Origin: an archaeon
GTDB lineage: Archaea; Aenigmatarchaeota; Aenigmatarchaeia; GW2011-AR5
DNA length: 64,000 nucleotides
Assembly: GCA_028279825.1 (NCBI GenBank)
Contig: JANQNA010000008.1
Location: 35,173 to 99,172 of the forward strand
Direction: 5' to 3'
Positions 29,615 to 39,951 of the stretch are shown piece after piece (position 1 is the first letter of the stretch; each line of letters starts with the position of its first letter). Below the pieces are notes generated by a model. The model saw nothing but the letters and a program-made list of their open reading frames with translations, did no database searches and was not told the origin of the DNA. The position numbers and the translations under genes were made by a program.

Positions 29615-30253
29615 ATGAATGTAACAAAAGTTATACAAATCCTGAAGAAGGAATCAAAAACATTTGATAAAACTGCTTTGATGAGCGTAGCTGACGCTCG
29701 AAAGAGCGTATTTCAGGTGTTAGTTTCGTGTATAATCTCTCTTAGAACCAGGGATGAGGTTACAGGAGAAGTCTCCAAGGCTCTCTTTGCTAGAGCGCCT
29801 ACGCCACGGAAGCTCTCAAAGCTTTCTGTAAAGCAGATAGAGAAGCTGATCTATCCGTGCGGATTCTACAAAACGAAAGCGCGTAGGATAAAGGCAATAT
29901 CCCAGTATGTAGAGAAGCATGGGGTACCCAAAACAATGGAAGGGTTGCTCTCCCTAAAGGGTGTTGGAAGAAAAACGGCCAACATTGTGCTTGTTTATGG
30001 CCACGGGCAAAAATACCACATACCCGTAGACACCCACGTTCATAGAATTCCCAATCGTTTAGGCTGGATAAAGACAAAAACGCCTGAACAGACGGAAAAG
30101 GCTCTTGAGAAGATCATTCCCAGAAGGTACTGGCAGGACTTCAACAACCTCTTTGTATCGTTTGGACAGAATATCTGCAAGCCTGTTGGTCCTAAATGTG
30201 GAACTTGTCCAGTAAACAGATACTGTAAATACGAGAAAAAAACGACTTCTTAA
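29615..30253 (+). CDS. nth: endonuclease III (HhH-GPD DNA glycosylase/lyase)
   Basis: HhH motif LKGVGRKTANIVL, catalytic Lys/Asp (VDTHVHRI), C-terminal 4Fe-4S loop CKPVGPKCGTCPVNRYC. Confidence 0.85.
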   Translation: MNVTKVIQILKKESKTFDKTALMSVADARKSVFQVLVSCIISLRTRDEVTGEVSKALFARAPTPRKLSKLSVKQIEKLIYPCGFYKTKARRIKAISQYVEKHGVPKTMEGLLSLKGVGRKTANIVLVYGHGQKYHIPVDTHVHRIPNRLGWIKTKTPEQTEKALEKIIPRRYWQDFNNLFVSFGQNICKPVGPKCGTCPVNRYCKYEKKTTS

Positions 30254-30275
30254 ATTTTTCTGCGTTTTTCTATTT

Positions 30276-30587
30276 ATGAGAAAACCAAAAGCAACTTGGG
30301 ATGATTTTTACGAACGTCTTACCTTTCATAGATATAAGACTGGCCCGAAAATGATTGAAGAATTAGAGGCAGATGGTTTTCGAACAGGCCAAATGTGTGA
30401 TGCGATGTATTACCATTTGCGTAAATGGGAGAGAGAAGGTCTTGTAGAGTCTAGAGAAAAAGCTCTAACAGAAGAACAATTAGCCAAAAGAGGTGGATAC
30501 GCCCAAAAAGAATATAAACTGACTCCAGGCTCCCCTCAGTCAAGGAGAAAAGATGCTTCTACAGACATGCTACCAGCCTTGGCTTAA
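30276..30587 (+). CDS. hypothetical protein (possible winged-helix)
   Basis: 103 aa ORF. Confidence 0.3.
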   Translation: MRKPKATWDDFYERLTFHRYKTGPKMIEELEADGFRTGQMCDAMYYHLRKWEREGLVESREKALTEEQLAKRGGYAQKEYKLTPGSPQSRRKDASTDMLPALA

Positions 30588-30609
30588 AAGAAAAAAGAAA
30601 AAATAGAGG

Positions 30610-30996
30610 CTAGAAGATTACCAGGACGATTCCCATGACGATAAAGGACAGAAGGGAATAACCGTTGTTTATGGAATACCACTTGGCTGTTTTGCCTTCC
30701 CACAGGACACCTGCGGAACTTGTTGTTGCAACAAAACCAAGCCATGCAAGAGCTCCTATAAGAGCACCGGCAGGGGCGGTTGTTGCGCCTGCGTAGCCGA
30801 CAAACATATTCAAAACGTAGGCCAAAATCAGGGTACTAACAACCATTGCAACGTATCCTGGTCCCATATTCTTCTTTTTCTTCGTTTTTCTCAGTCCCAG
30901 TTCTTTCATCCATGAGTCACCGAAGGCCATAGGCGAGTACCAGATCATTCCGATCACGATACTTGCTATTGCCGCGGCAACGACATCTACTACCAT
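30610..30996 (-). CDS. membrane protein (DUF1761-like)
   Basis: 128 aa, 4 TM helices. Confidence 0.45.
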   Translation of the reverse strand: MVVDVVAAAIASIVIGMIWYSPMAFGDSWMKELGLRKTKKKKNMGPGYVAMVVSTLILAYVLNMFVGYAGATTAPAGALIGALAWLGFVATTSSAGVLWEGKTAKWYSINNGYSLLSFIVMGIVLVIF

Positions 30997-31053
30997 ATGC
31001 CTATTTGGTTTTTGGATAACTTAAACCGTCTTCCATGTAGATATAATATAGCA

Positions 31054-31356
31054 TTATTGGCTACGCCAGGCTTCCATGCCGCCTGACAGCGTGGCTACTT
31101 CGTAACCCAGGCCTTTCAGGAACCTTCTGGCCTTTTCTGCACGAATCCCGTGCTCACAAACAGTGACAACCATCTTGTCCTTGGGAACTGCCTTCTCTAT
31201 ATTATCAGCGTCAAAAGAACTTATCGGCAAATTTACGCTATTGTGGATGTGATCTGCCTCGTATTCCCAGGGCTCGCGCACGTCCAGAATAAACACGTCA
31301 TTCTTTTCAATTCTCTCTTTGAGTCCCTTAACGTTGATTTCCATAAAATTACTCAC
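31054..31356 (-). CDS. rhodanese-domain sulfurtransferase
   Basis: Active-site loop CEHGIRAEKA with catalytic Cys; 100 aa single rhodanese domain. Confidence 0.8.
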   Translation of the reverse strand: MSNFMEINVKGLKERIEKNDVFILDVREPWEYEADHIHNSVNLPISSFDADNIEKAVPKDKMVVTVCEHGIRAEKARRFLKGLGYEVATLSGGMEAWRSQ

Positions 31357-31376
31357 TTTTAGAATTTATAAGAATC

Positions 31377-31673
31377 TTATTCTGTTTTTTCCACTCTAAG
31401 TATTGGTTTTTTGATGTTCTGGGCAAAACCTTTCAATGCTTCTACCTGTGTGGCATGAGCTGGTTCTCCTTTAATGCGATCTGCATAATCCAGCCTGTGC
31501 AACGTCCTGTCAATCCTGCCGATTGGATCGCGAACCATTTCATACACGTGTGGTTCAGGGTGATTCCTGGCGACTGTTACTTCTCCTGTAGTATTGTCCA
31601 CAGAATAGCCGTTCTTTGCCAGTACATGGCGTAAGCCGAGCAGCTCCAGATCTGTCATAGTTTCGTAGGTCAT
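31377..31673 (-). CDS. hypothetical protein
   Basis: 98 aa ORF. Confidence 0.4.
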   Translation of the reverse strand: MTYETMTDLELLGLRHVLAKNGYSVDNTTGEVTVARNHPEPHVYEMVRDPIGRIDRTLHRLDYADRIKGEPAHATQVEALKGFAQNIKKPILRVEKTE

Positions 31674-31716
31674 CCACTCTACTGCTGCAAAAAGTTTCTT
31701 AAAGCTTCTGCGAAAC

Positions 31717-32580
31717 TTGAGAAACTATAAATATCGCCCAGCGGCATTGTTTAATATGGCACTCTTCGGCAGGAAGAAGGAAAAGGCGGAATCTTCCCCG
31801 GAGCCCAAAAAAGAGGGTTCTGAGCAAAAAGAAATGAAAGAAATAAAGAAGGAAGTAACCGATAAAAAACCACCCGAAAATGAACCGACTGCCCCGCCCA
31901 GACCCGTCAAAACTGATTTTTTTGAAGATTCTAAGAATAACGATGAAATTACGAATCTGAATATGAAACTGGTTAAGATTATTAATGAAGTTGAGAATGT
32001 CAAGAAAAAAATTGACGAATCGACGTCCAAGACTATCACTGAAGTGAAGAATGTTTACGAGGACGTTGAGAATCTTGCTGACCTTGTAAAACATGTGCCG
32101 CAAGATACGTTGAGGGAGCTAAAATCGATAAAACGCAATCTGCCGATGGTTTACAGCGATATTAAGCAGTCTGTAGGGGAGCACGTGACGGCTTCTGTCG
32201 TTAGTGTCATAGATAGTAATATACTGAAGACTATAGCGGCTGCCGGAAGCCTGAATAGCAAGGATCTATTGGATAATATAATCAAGAACCACGTTTGCTC
32301 TAAAAACACACTTTACATACACCTGGCAAAGCTGGAGCAACAGGGGTTAATTCTTAAGAAAAGACAGGTACACGAAGTCTACTATTCTGTAACAGACAAA
32401 ATTAAACAGGACCTGGCTAAGGCCAAAGGCCCTGAAAATAAGGTCTCTGGTCAAAGTGGTTCACCCAAAGACTCAAAACAACCCGCTGCACAAGAGAATA
32501 AGGCGCCGGAGGCGCCTAAGAAGGAAGAAACTAAAGAAGAATCTAAGAAGCCTGAAGAGAAAACATCAACGGCATCATGA
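31717..32580 (+). CDS. Lys/Glu-rich coiled-coil protein with C-terminal winged-helix-like segment
   Basis: Low-complexity KE-rich N-terminus, central helical region, LYIHLAKLEQQGLILKKRQVHEVYYSVT wHTH-like; start may be the internal Met at 31756. Confidence 0.4.
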   Translation: MRNYKYRPAALFNMALFGRKKEKAESSPEPKKEGSEQKEMKEIKKEVTDKKPPENEPTAPPRPVKTDFFEDSKNNDEITNLNMKLVKIINEVENVKKKIDESTSKTITEVKNVYEDVENLADLVKHVPQDTLRELKSIKRNLPMVYSDIKQSVGEHVTASVVSVIDSNILKTIAAAGSLNSKDLLDNIIKNHVCSKNTLYIHLAKLEQQGLILKKRQVHEVYYSVTDKIKQDLAKAKGPENKVSGQSGSPKDSKQPAAQENKAPEAPKKEETKEESKKPEEKTSTAS

Positions 32581-32753
32581 TGAACTATTCAAAACTGAAA
32601 TGGTATCACATGGGACTGATAAAGCTGAGCACAGCCGCTTTTGTTCTTATGATAGCAAAAGCCTGGCCACCACTACTTTCAGCTGACCTGTATGTGTATG
32701 CAGCTATCTTTGTCCTGGCGGCCCTGATACCAATTTTCAAAGTGTTCAAGTGA
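32577..32753 (+). CDS. small membrane protein
   Basis: 58 aa ORF (below track threshold) with two hydrophobic helices; ATGA overlap with previous gene. Confidence 0.25.
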   Translation: MMNYSKLKWYHMGLIKLSTAAFVLMIAKAWPPLLSADLYVYAAIFVLAALIPIFKVFK

Positions 32754-32983
32754 CAACATGTTGATTGAGGGTTTGTTTCCAAACGGTTACTGCGGATCAT
32801 TTAGGAATGGGACTGGCCCAAACAACTTTGGAGAGACTTTTTTTAGAAAACAAATGCTCAGAGAGCTGAAAGGACAGGAACTAGAGAATCCATGCGTGTA
32901 TTGTATCGAAAGAAGATGCCAGAGAAGACACGGTAATGCTGACAGGGAAATGTACAGAGCTTTAGTAAAAATGGCAAGAGAAG

Positions 32984-33532
32984 CTACCTAATTAACCTAC
33001 TAACTTTCTTGAATTCGTCTGTTCCTGCTTTTTCCATCAACTGGAACAACACCATTTCTGAAGAAACAACGAATACACCGGACTGGCGAAGCCTGTCCAT
33101 AGCTAAAGATTTGTCTTCATGAGAGCGGGAAGAAGTCGCGTCAGCTACCACGTAAACACGGCGGCCGTGTTTCAGGGCTCCCAAAGCTGTTTTGAGAACG
33201 CAAATATGACTTTCTATACCGTAGATTACGAGGTGGTATATGCCAAGCTCGTTTATCATTTCAACGAACTTATCTGATTCAAAACAGTCAAACTCTGTTT
33301 TTTCTATCTTGTGGGCATTCTCGGGTACGTAAACGGTTTTTATGGTAGAACCCAGGCCTGTTGGATACTGTTCCGTGACTATTAACGGTATTTTCATTGC
33401 CTCTGCTGCCTTGTTCAGGGTGTTGGCATTGTCTATTACCTTGTCGAGCTCGTTTATGACAGGGCCAAGCCTGTCCTGTAGGTCAATAAGAACAAAAGCG
33501 GTTTTCTCACGGTCGGGCAAACCCAGATCCAT
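32984..33532 (-). CDS. isochorismatase-family cysteine hydrolase
   Basis: FVLIDLQDRL (catalytic Asp), conserved Lys region, and catalytic Cys in IYGIESHICVLKTAL. Confidence 0.8.
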   Translation of the reverse strand: MDLGLPDREKTAFVLIDLQDRLGPVINELDKVIDNANTLNKAAEAMKIPLIVTEQYPTGLGSTIKTVYVPENAHKIEKTEFDCFESDKFVEMINELGIYHLVIYGIESHICVLKTALGALKHGRRVYVVADATSSRSHEDKSLAMDRLRQSGVFVVSSEMVLFQLMEKAGTDEFKKVSRLIR

Positions 33533-33626
33533 AACCTACACTTGGTCATGAATCTATAAAAATTTGAAAACGACAGCCGAAAGCAGCAGGACTGTAAGAT
33601 AAAAACACCTGAAAACAATTATTAGC

Positions 33627-34217
33627 ATGGTTTTTGGATTCGGGAGGAAAGAATCTATTGCTGACTCGTTTAAGCTGGACCGTGTATTTGACGCAGCACA
33701 AAATACCATAAACACCTATCAACTGCTTGTTGTGCCTGTTATCGGAAAAGAAGAATTTGCAAAGAGGGTCATGACAAGATTCATGCTCAAACTGGAAAAA
33801 AACAAGGTAAACCTGAGCAAAGAAACACTCGAAGAGGTATATTCAAGGATAGGTACTATGATAGTAGAGAAGGGTATTGACGGGTATTTTTTGATGGATT
33901 ATTTGACCACGCTTGGTGAACGTGAATCTGACATACTCAAGGCTCTTCGCGATCATATCGACCTTTTCAGGATAATACTTGAGCAGGAAGAGAGATTTTC
34001 GCCAGAACACAGGATTATCACAGATAAGGAATTTGAAAAACTTGCCAAAATGCTTGCAGATGTGTTCAAGCACGTTGATACTGCCTTCCCAAGACCGTAC
34101 TTTGAAGTTGCTCAATTGAGAAAACAAATGGAAAAACGGTTCAAGGAATACGTAAGTTTCATGGATGCCTCCAACAAAGAACCGAAAAAAAATGATGACG
34201 ACGTCTGGCTTTACTGA
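33627..34217 (+). CDS. hypothetical protein (helical)
   Basis: 196 aa ORF. Confidence 0.4.
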   Translation: MVFGFGRKESIADSFKLDRVFDAAQNTINTYQLLVVPVIGKEEFAKRVMTRFMLKLEKNKVNLSKETLEEVYSRIGTMIVEKGIDGYFLMDYLTTLGERESDILKALRDHIDLFRIILEQEERFSPEHRIITDKEFEKLAKMLADVFKHVDTAFPRPYFEVAQLRKQMEKRFKEYVSFMDASNKEPKKNDDDVWLY

Positions 34218-34244
34218 TTTATAGTTTTTTGATATTAATTTTAT

Positions 34245-34658
34245 ATGATCAATTCTTACGGTTTTGACGTCTTCATCGGCAATGCTGCTCATGACAATGG
34301 AGAAGTTTATCCTACAAGGTTAGATCTTCATACAGGCGAGGCAACTACTCTTGCACCAATGCCTGAGCATGTATTGCTTGGCTTAATACGTGATGAGGTC
34401 CGGGAAGGAAAAAAGGTTCTTTTAGATAGAAGTCCTGGAAGCGAAGACGGTTGTTTTGCATATCCAGCCAGGGAATACGAGCCGTTTGGCCGTTCAGTAC
34501 TGAAAGAACTTATGAGATCGTACAGAGAGGCGAATACAGTTAATTCTAATGATCCATTCTATTTTCTTGCAGCCGTAGAAGCGACAGAAATCTTCAGGCG
34601 CGTGGCTGAAGACAGGCTAGATGAGTTGGAGAGTAATGACGCGGAGACAAAAGTATAA
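34245..34658 (+). CDS. hypothetical protein
   Basis: 137 aa ORF. Confidence 0.4.
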   Translation: MINSYGFDVFIGNAAHDNGEVYPTRLDLHTGEATTLAPMPEHVLLGLIRDEVREGKKVLLDRSPGSEDGCFAYPAREYEPFGRSVLKELMRSYREANTVNSNDPFYFLAAVEATEIFRRVAEDRLDELESNDAETKV

Positions 34659-35064
34659 AATGCAGGAATTATGGGCCATGCTTGAAACAGCTTTTCCTAA
34701 ACCGCCTTACCTGCTTCGCAGATATAATTATGAACAGTTTTTTGTGCACCGCACAGGAGTTTTCGAGGATCTTCCTGATTCCGATGACGTGAGATCAATA
34801 GCTTATCGTTATTTCCGGGGGCTTAGATACAATATTTTTACTGATCAAAGTGGTTTATTGCAGGGAGTTGATTCTGGCGATACTGTTATAGGATTTCCAA
34901 ATGACCATTTTTTGGGCCTGAGCCATGAATATCCTTCGGTTGTGATCAGCACGGGGTGGAGAGGACCGCCGGCTACAGAAAAACAGGCACAAAGATACGT
35001 TGATTTCACAATACATTACCTGGATTCTGTAGAAATTCTTACAGAAGCGGCATTTTTTGACTAA
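34621..35064 (+). CDS. hypothetical protein
   Basis: 147 aa ORF overlapping previous by 38 nt. Confidence 0.4.
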   Translation: MSWRVMTRRQKYKMQELWAMLETAFPKPPYLLRRYNYEQFFVHRTGVFEDLPDSDDVRSIAYRYFRGLRYNIFTDQSGLLQGVDSGDTVIGFPNDHFLGLSHEYPSVVISTGWRGPPATEKQAQRYVDFTIHYLDSVEILTEAAFFD

Positions 35065-35174
35065 AATATCGATTTTCCGGAGTATATTTAACTATATATA
35101 TAACCTACGTACATAGTAGTAGCTGTAGAAAAATGTAATTTCTCTGTAATTCGTCGGTAGTAACGGTGACATAA

Positions 35175-35318
35175 GTGGGAAAGCGGAAAAAAACAACGAG
35201 CAAATACGCAAAACAGTTTATCGAAACGTGGGAGTGTAGGGGTTGTAATTTTCAATGGAGCTATAGAACTGTCAAATGCCCTCTATGCTATTCAATCGAG
35301 ACGATAAAAATTGTATAG
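35175..35318 (+). CDS. small zinc-ribbon protein (GTG start?)
   Basis: ~47 aa: ...ETWECRGCNFQWSYRTVKCPLCYSIETIKIV, CxxC-x12-CxxC; start codon uncertain. Confidence 0.25.
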   Translation: MGKRKKTTSKYAKQFIETWECRGCNFQWSYRTVKCPLCYSIETIKIV

Positions 35319-35411
35319 ATATTATTTTTCTTTTCTTTTTCTACAAATTTTGTGCCTCTTGGGAATCTTTAAATAGTATTGACTGTATAGTAGTAACAAG
35401 GGTGTGGAAAA

Positions 35412-35651
35412 ATGTCGTTCAGAGAATTTATGGGAAGATATGCGAAACCCACTTTGGGTGCGGCTGTTGGTGCAGTTACTCTTGCTGCTCTTGATCCGTT
35501 TATATCACAGATGCTGGACATTCCTTATGATTCGATGACTGTTGCTATAGGTGCTGTTGACGGCGCGTATTCGGGTGCGGTTCTAGCGGCGAACCCTAGA
35601 TGCGCTCAAAGAGAAGTACCGAGAAGTGAACCCCCAGTCTATTTGCTTTAG
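35412..35651 (+). CDS. small membrane protein
   Basis: 79 aa ORF, Gly/Ala-rich hydrophobic. Confidence 0.35.
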   Translation: MSFREFMGRYAKPTLGAAVGAVTLAALDPFISQMLDIPYDSMTVAIGAVDGAYSGAVLAANPRCAQREVPRSEPPVYLL

Positions 35652-35702
35652 ATTCTTTTTCTACAAATTCTGGTTTAAAAAGGTTGGTGGAATAACCTGA
35701 TC

Positions 35703-36080
35703 ATGGCAACATTCGGTGAATTCTTTGATCGTGTCGCAAATACAAGATTTGAGGATGCGCTTAATTTTTTTGAAATGTGGATAGGTTCAGCTACAGAAGA
35801 CGAATGGACTTCTTATCGGCAACAGGAGCTCACACCTGAACTTGTTCGGCGTTTTGCCGTCGATGTCACAAATTACTTCTCGAGTATATCAAGATATTTG
35901 AAGGAAGGTGCATACAGACACCTTACACTAACTTACAGTACATTCATACGTGGAGTTCATGAACATGCCACAGATCTTGGTGTTGTTATTCCTTTGAGAG
36001 ATGTCAAAGGACCTGCAGGTTATGAGGCTCAGATGAGATGGCTGACTTATGAGAGAGTACCGGAAAACTTTCAAGAATAA
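35703..36080 (+). CDS. hypothetical protein
   Basis: 125 aa ORF. Confidence 0.4.
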   Translation: MATFGEFFDRVANTRFEDALNFFEMWIGSATEDEWTSYRQQELTPELVRRFAVDVTNYFSSISRYLKEGAYRHLTLTYSTFIRGVHEHATDLGVVIPLRDVKGPAGYEAQMRWLTYERVPENFQE

Positions 36081-36175
36081 GCTATTTTTTGGGTACACAT
36101 TGATTAGGTGCCCATTTTATTTATAGATTTTCGGAATTCCAAGTTTTTTATAGTTTTGATTATGAATAGAAGCCG

Positions 36176-37873
36176 ATGAAACTTATTGTAGTCGTCGGCG
36201 GCGTCATATCAGGCGTCGGAAAGGGTATTGCAACTGCTTCTATCGGAAAGATTCTACAACAGTATGGTTATTCTGTAACGGCTGTCAAGATTGACCCATA
36301 CATTAACTTTGATGCAGGAACTATGAGACCAACAGAACATGGAGAGGTATGGGTGACAGACGATGGCGGTGAAATAGACCAGGATTTAGGCAATTATGAA
36401 CGGTTCTTTGGTTATGAGATACCGAAGAAGAACAACATAACGACCGGACAGGTATATAGAGAGTTAATAGACAAGGAAAGAAGCGGCGGGTTTTTAGGAC
36501 AAACGGTTGAAGTCATTCCCCACGTGCCTAATGAGATAAAAAGAAGAATAAAGGAGTCGGGAAAAGATTATGATTTTGTTATAGTAGAGATAGGCGGCAC
36601 TTTGGGAGAATATCAGAACTTACCGTATCTTTTCGCTGCAAAGAGCCTGGAATTAGAATTAGGCAAGGAAAATGTTGCCTATGTTCTGGTATCATTTTTG
36701 CCAATTCCGCACAATATTGGTGAAATGAAGACAAAACCAACACAACTGGCAATAAAACTTCTCAACGAGGCGGGCATATTTCCTGACTTCGTATTATGCC
36801 GTGGAAGAGAAAGACTGGATGAAGTGAGGAGAAATAAGCTTGAACAGAACGCCAACATTGCCACGGGCTGCGTATTTTCTGCTCCTGACGTGAAGAGTGT
36901 TTATAGAGTGCCTCTGAATTTTGAGGCTGAAAAGTTTGGTTCAAAATTGTTAGGCAGAATGAATCTTGAGGCTAAAAAACAGCCTGACTGGAATACCTGG
37001 AGAAAAATCACGGAAACGATAGAAAATCCTGAAAAGACTCTGAAAATCGGCATGATTGGCAAGTATGTTGACATAGGAAGTTTTGCTTTAACAGACTCAT
37101 ACATCTCTGTTAATGAGTCATTGAAACATGCAGGCGCGCATGTTGGCGTTGGCGTGGAGATAGAATGGGTTGATGCCAAACAGATTGAAAAAGAAGGGAC
37201 AGATGTGCTGAAAGACTTCAACGGTATAATCGTACCGGGAGGTTTTGGAGGTTCCGGCGTGGAGGGCAAGATAGCTGCGGTAAAATACGCTAGAGAAAAT
37301 AATCTGCCGTTTCTTGGTCTTTGTTATGGTCTGCAAATGGCCGTCATAGAATATGCCCGCAACGTCTGCAATCTTGGAAATGCTCATACAACAGAGGTTG
37401 AACCAAAAACACCTCACCCTGTTATAGACATTCTGCCTACGCAAAAGGCCCTGATGGAGAAGAGTGAATATGGCGGGACAATGAGACTTGGTGCTTATGC
37501 GGCCGTACTGAAAGAAAGTACAAAGGTGTTTGATCTTTACAAGAAAACAGGAAGACTGGAGAAAGACGGCAACAAAGTAATCCAGATAAATGAAGAGTTT
37601 AGATTAGGAAAGAACACGGGAACGCTTGTACTTGAGAGGCACAGGCATCGTTATGAGGTGAATCCTCTCTATGTTGAGCAATTAGAGAAGGCCGGCCTTG
37701 TTTTTGGCGGGTTTCATACCAGACATGACGGAACAAACCTTATGGAGTTCTGTGAACTGCCAAATCATTTGTTTTTTGTAGCTACACAGGCACACCCGGA
37801 GTTCAAAAGCCAGCCGGAAGACCCGTCTCCGCTATTTCTTGGATTTGTGGAAGCCGCAAACAGCTTTAAATAG
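36176..37873 (+). CDS. pyrG: CTP synthase
   Basis: N-terminal synthetase P-loop VVGGVISGVGKGIATASIG and C-terminal type-1 glutamine amidotransferase with GLCYGLQ catalytic Cys and HPEF His. Confidence 0.95.
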   Translation: MKLIVVVGGVISGVGKGIATASIGKILQQYGYSVTAVKIDPYINFDAGTMRPTEHGEVWVTDDGGEIDQDLGNYERFFGYEIPKKNNITTGQVYRELIDKERSGGFLGQTVEVIPHVPNEIKRRIKESGKDYDFVIVEIGGTLGEYQNLPYLFAAKSLELELGKENVAYVLVSFLPIPHNIGEMKTKPTQLAIKLLNEAGIFPDFVLCRGRERLDEVRRNKLEQNANIATGCVFSAPDVKSVYRVPLNFEAEKFGSKLLGRMNLEAKKQPDWNTWRKITETIENPEKTLKIGMIGKYVDIGSFALTDSYISVNESLKHAGAHVGVGVEIEWVDAKQIEKEGTDVLKDFNGIIVPGGFGGSGVEGKIAAVKYARENNLPFLGLCYGLQMAVIEYARNVCNLGNAHTTEVEPKTPHPVIDILPTQKALMEKSEYGGTMRLGAYAAVLKESTKVFDLYKKTGRLEKDGNKVIQINEEFRLGKNTGTLVLERHRHRYEVNPLYVEQLEKAGLVFGGFHTRHDGTNLMEFCELPNHLFFVATQAHPEFKSQPEDPSPLFLGFVEAANSFK

Positions 37874-37918
37874 TTGTTCTCTTGAATGAAGAATCAGAAA
37901 CCAAAGAGGTGAAACCTA

Positions 37919-38017
37919 ATGAAGTTCAAATATGAAGATGAGGACTTAGACGGTGACGACGAATTCGACGGTGATGACGACGATTTCGGAGACGAAGATG
38001 ACGATGACGTCGAATAA
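37919..38017 (+). CDS. highly acidic 32-aa peptide
   Basis: MKFKYEDEDLDGDDEFDGDDDDFGDEDDDDVE with strong SD (AGAGGTGA) 8 nt upstream; below ORF-track threshold. Confidence 0.3.
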   Translation: MKFKYEDEDLDGDDEFDGDDDDFGDEDDDDVE

Positions 38018-38068
38018 ATGAAATTTTTTCTTTTTTGTTTCATTCCTTCTAAATATTTTCTACAAAAA

Positions 38069-38659
38069 TTATCTATTGCACAATTCATCTATGACTTCAG
38101 CATCAAGATTATGCCCAAAAACTTCCATGGCTTTCTTTTCAGGCCATCCGTGCCATTTTGACATATCAATGGAATCTATGTTTATAGACAGACCGTCTTC
38201 TCCCTTTAACACGTGGTATGCCAGTGCCACGCATACCAAGTAACTAACACCTGCTATGTCAATTTTCTCTATGCCATCACTTAACAATCGTTCTTTTAGA
38301 AGCATTTCTTGTTCTCCATAACCAGGGACAGGTGATATATACGTCATTCCTGGAAAATGACTTCTGATTGCAGGATGTATTAACATAGAATCAGGTGTTG
38401 TACTGTTTAAACCTAGAAAATAAACCCGTCTACCCTGTTCAGTGTATCTTCCTATCTCTTTACCAATTCTTTCAAATAGGGGTACCTGATCTGTAAAGTA
38501 ATTAGTCTCTTCACTTAAACTATCCAAATCTTCATACCAAGGTCTTACGTACCAAGCTTCTGTATGAACAACAGCTAGAGCATCACTTTCTGAAGGTCCT
38601 ACTGGTCTCCTTACCCTAGCTATGAATTCTTTCTTACGTTGACTCACTGATTTCACCAT
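38069..38659 (-). CDS. hypothetical protein
   Basis: 196 aa ORF. Confidence 0.45.
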   Translation of the reverse strand: MVKSVSQRKKEFIARVRRPVGPSESDALAVVHTEAWYVRPWYEDLDSLSEETNYFTDQVPLFERIGKEIGRYTEQGRRVYFLGLNSTTPDSMLIHPAIRSHFPGMTYISPVPGYGEQEMLLKERLLSDGIEKIDIAGVSYLVCVALAYHVLKGEDGLSINIDSIDMSKWHGWPEKKAMEVFGHNLDAEVIDELCNR

Positions 38660-38756
38660 TTAATTACTACTTATTAGTGATTATATGTATAAAAAGTTTT
38701 TTTGTTTCATATTTAGTTCTTAATTTTTATCTGACTTGAAAATTGCTTAAATACTT

Positions 38757-39317
38757 TTGTGGTATATCTCTTGCATGGCAAGAAGAGCAAATCCTCGTTA
38801 TAATTTTGTCCTACCTGTTGATAGCTCCGGAATACCGGGGTTTGAAAAGTGGGTAAAACTCAATCCCAAGGAAGCTCATGATATTTACGTTTTTGGTGCC
38901 TATTTAGACGAAGCCGGTAAATGTGTCGTGGGCATGCCGGAAAGAACTAAAGTACGCGCTGTTGGTGACGGAACTGTAAGATCTTCTTACGGCGGCGATG
39001 ACACTCCTGGTAAACTGGAAACACACCGCGGGTTTGTAATTATTGATCACAAACAGCCAGGGGCGCGTTTTTCTGCTTATTACGATATGATACCTTCCGT
39101 AGGCGATGGAGAAGAAGTTAAAAGGGGTACTGTTATTGGACATATGTTTAAGGGACAAGGAAAGGGAGATTTTGCTTATCTCAGATTCCAGTTAGGACGT
39201 GGAACTGACAGACATGACACGTTTATAAGAGGTCCCGTTGACCCTGAGGGCGTCTTCGGGGAGATTACAGACTTATTTGCAGAGCCGCCAATGAGTGCTA
39301 CTGCTACAATTCGTTAA
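38757..39317 (+). CDS. possible M23/LytM-like peptidase-domain protein
   Basis: HDIYVFGAY..VRAVGDGTV...HRGFVIIDH...SAYYDMIP..GEEVKRGTVIGHM resembles degenerate M23 beta-sheet core; weak. Confidence 0.4.
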   Translation: MWYISCMARRANPRYNFVLPVDSSGIPGFEKWVKLNPKEAHDIYVFGAYLDEAGKCVVGMPERTKVRAVGDGTVRSSYGGDDTPGKLETHRGFVIIDHKQPGARFSAYYDMIPSVGDGEEVKRGTVIGHMFKGQGKGDFAYLRFQLGRGTDRHDTFIRGPVDPEGVFGEITDLFAEPPMSATATIR

Positions 39318-39550
39318 CTGCTTCTAGAAGTAAGCTATTTATACAAGAGGAAACAAGATAAATCCTCGTGGACAAGACAAAAACAAGATGCCAAAGGTGC
39401 AACTTCACCAAAGAGAGCAATTACGATCACGAGATATGCCCTATATGCGGATCGTTTCTACTTTTGTTACCTACGTGGATCAACGGCGACTGCTGCATAT
39501 AGCATATAAATGGGTTACCTTTATATACTACCGTGTAGTAACACTATATA

Positions 39551-39919
39551 GTGGTACTGATGGCGCGATACAGAACAACACCGTTGAAACCTGGTGGTCT
39601 TGTTAAGTCAGGCAGCCCTGCTGCTACCAATTTTCTTGGACAGATCTACAAGCATCTTAGTGATCATCCGGAGATTGTGGAAGTAGATATGGATGCCGTA
39701 GGAGTAGTTGAACCGGAATTGGGTGCAACCGATAAGAGACGGCAGGCTCTGGCAATACGTTATGCTATCAAGCATGCAGAAGATCCAAATGTATATGACC
39801 GTGAAATGGAAAGATTAAAAGGAAGAACTGATGAACAGGTATTGGGTGAATACCTTTCAAATTTTAGACCTAGAAAAAAGAAAACATCGAAAGATGATCC
39901 ACAAGGTAGTTTGTTCTAG
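39551..39919 (+). CDS. hypothetical protein
   Basis: 122 aa ORF. Confidence 0.35.
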   Translation: MVLMARYRTTPLKPGGLVKSGSPAATNFLGQIYKHLSDHPEIVEVDMDAVGVVEPELGATDKRRQALAIRYAIKHAEDPNVYDREMERLKGRTDEQVLGEYLSNFRPRKKKTSKDDPQGSLF

Positions 39920-39951
39920 CGTTTTAAATAATTTCTTGCTATCTTAGCATC

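Noticed and set aside
32758-32991. 77-aa ORF with CxxC...C motifs between the 31717 gene and isochorismatase
   Set aside because: It is possible, but start context and composition are unconvincing; left out of the features.
37894-38088. Ser-rich 64-aa minus-strand ORF
   Set aside because: It is the mirror image of the poly-acidic micro-ORF; codon periodicity and the SD favour the + strand peptide.
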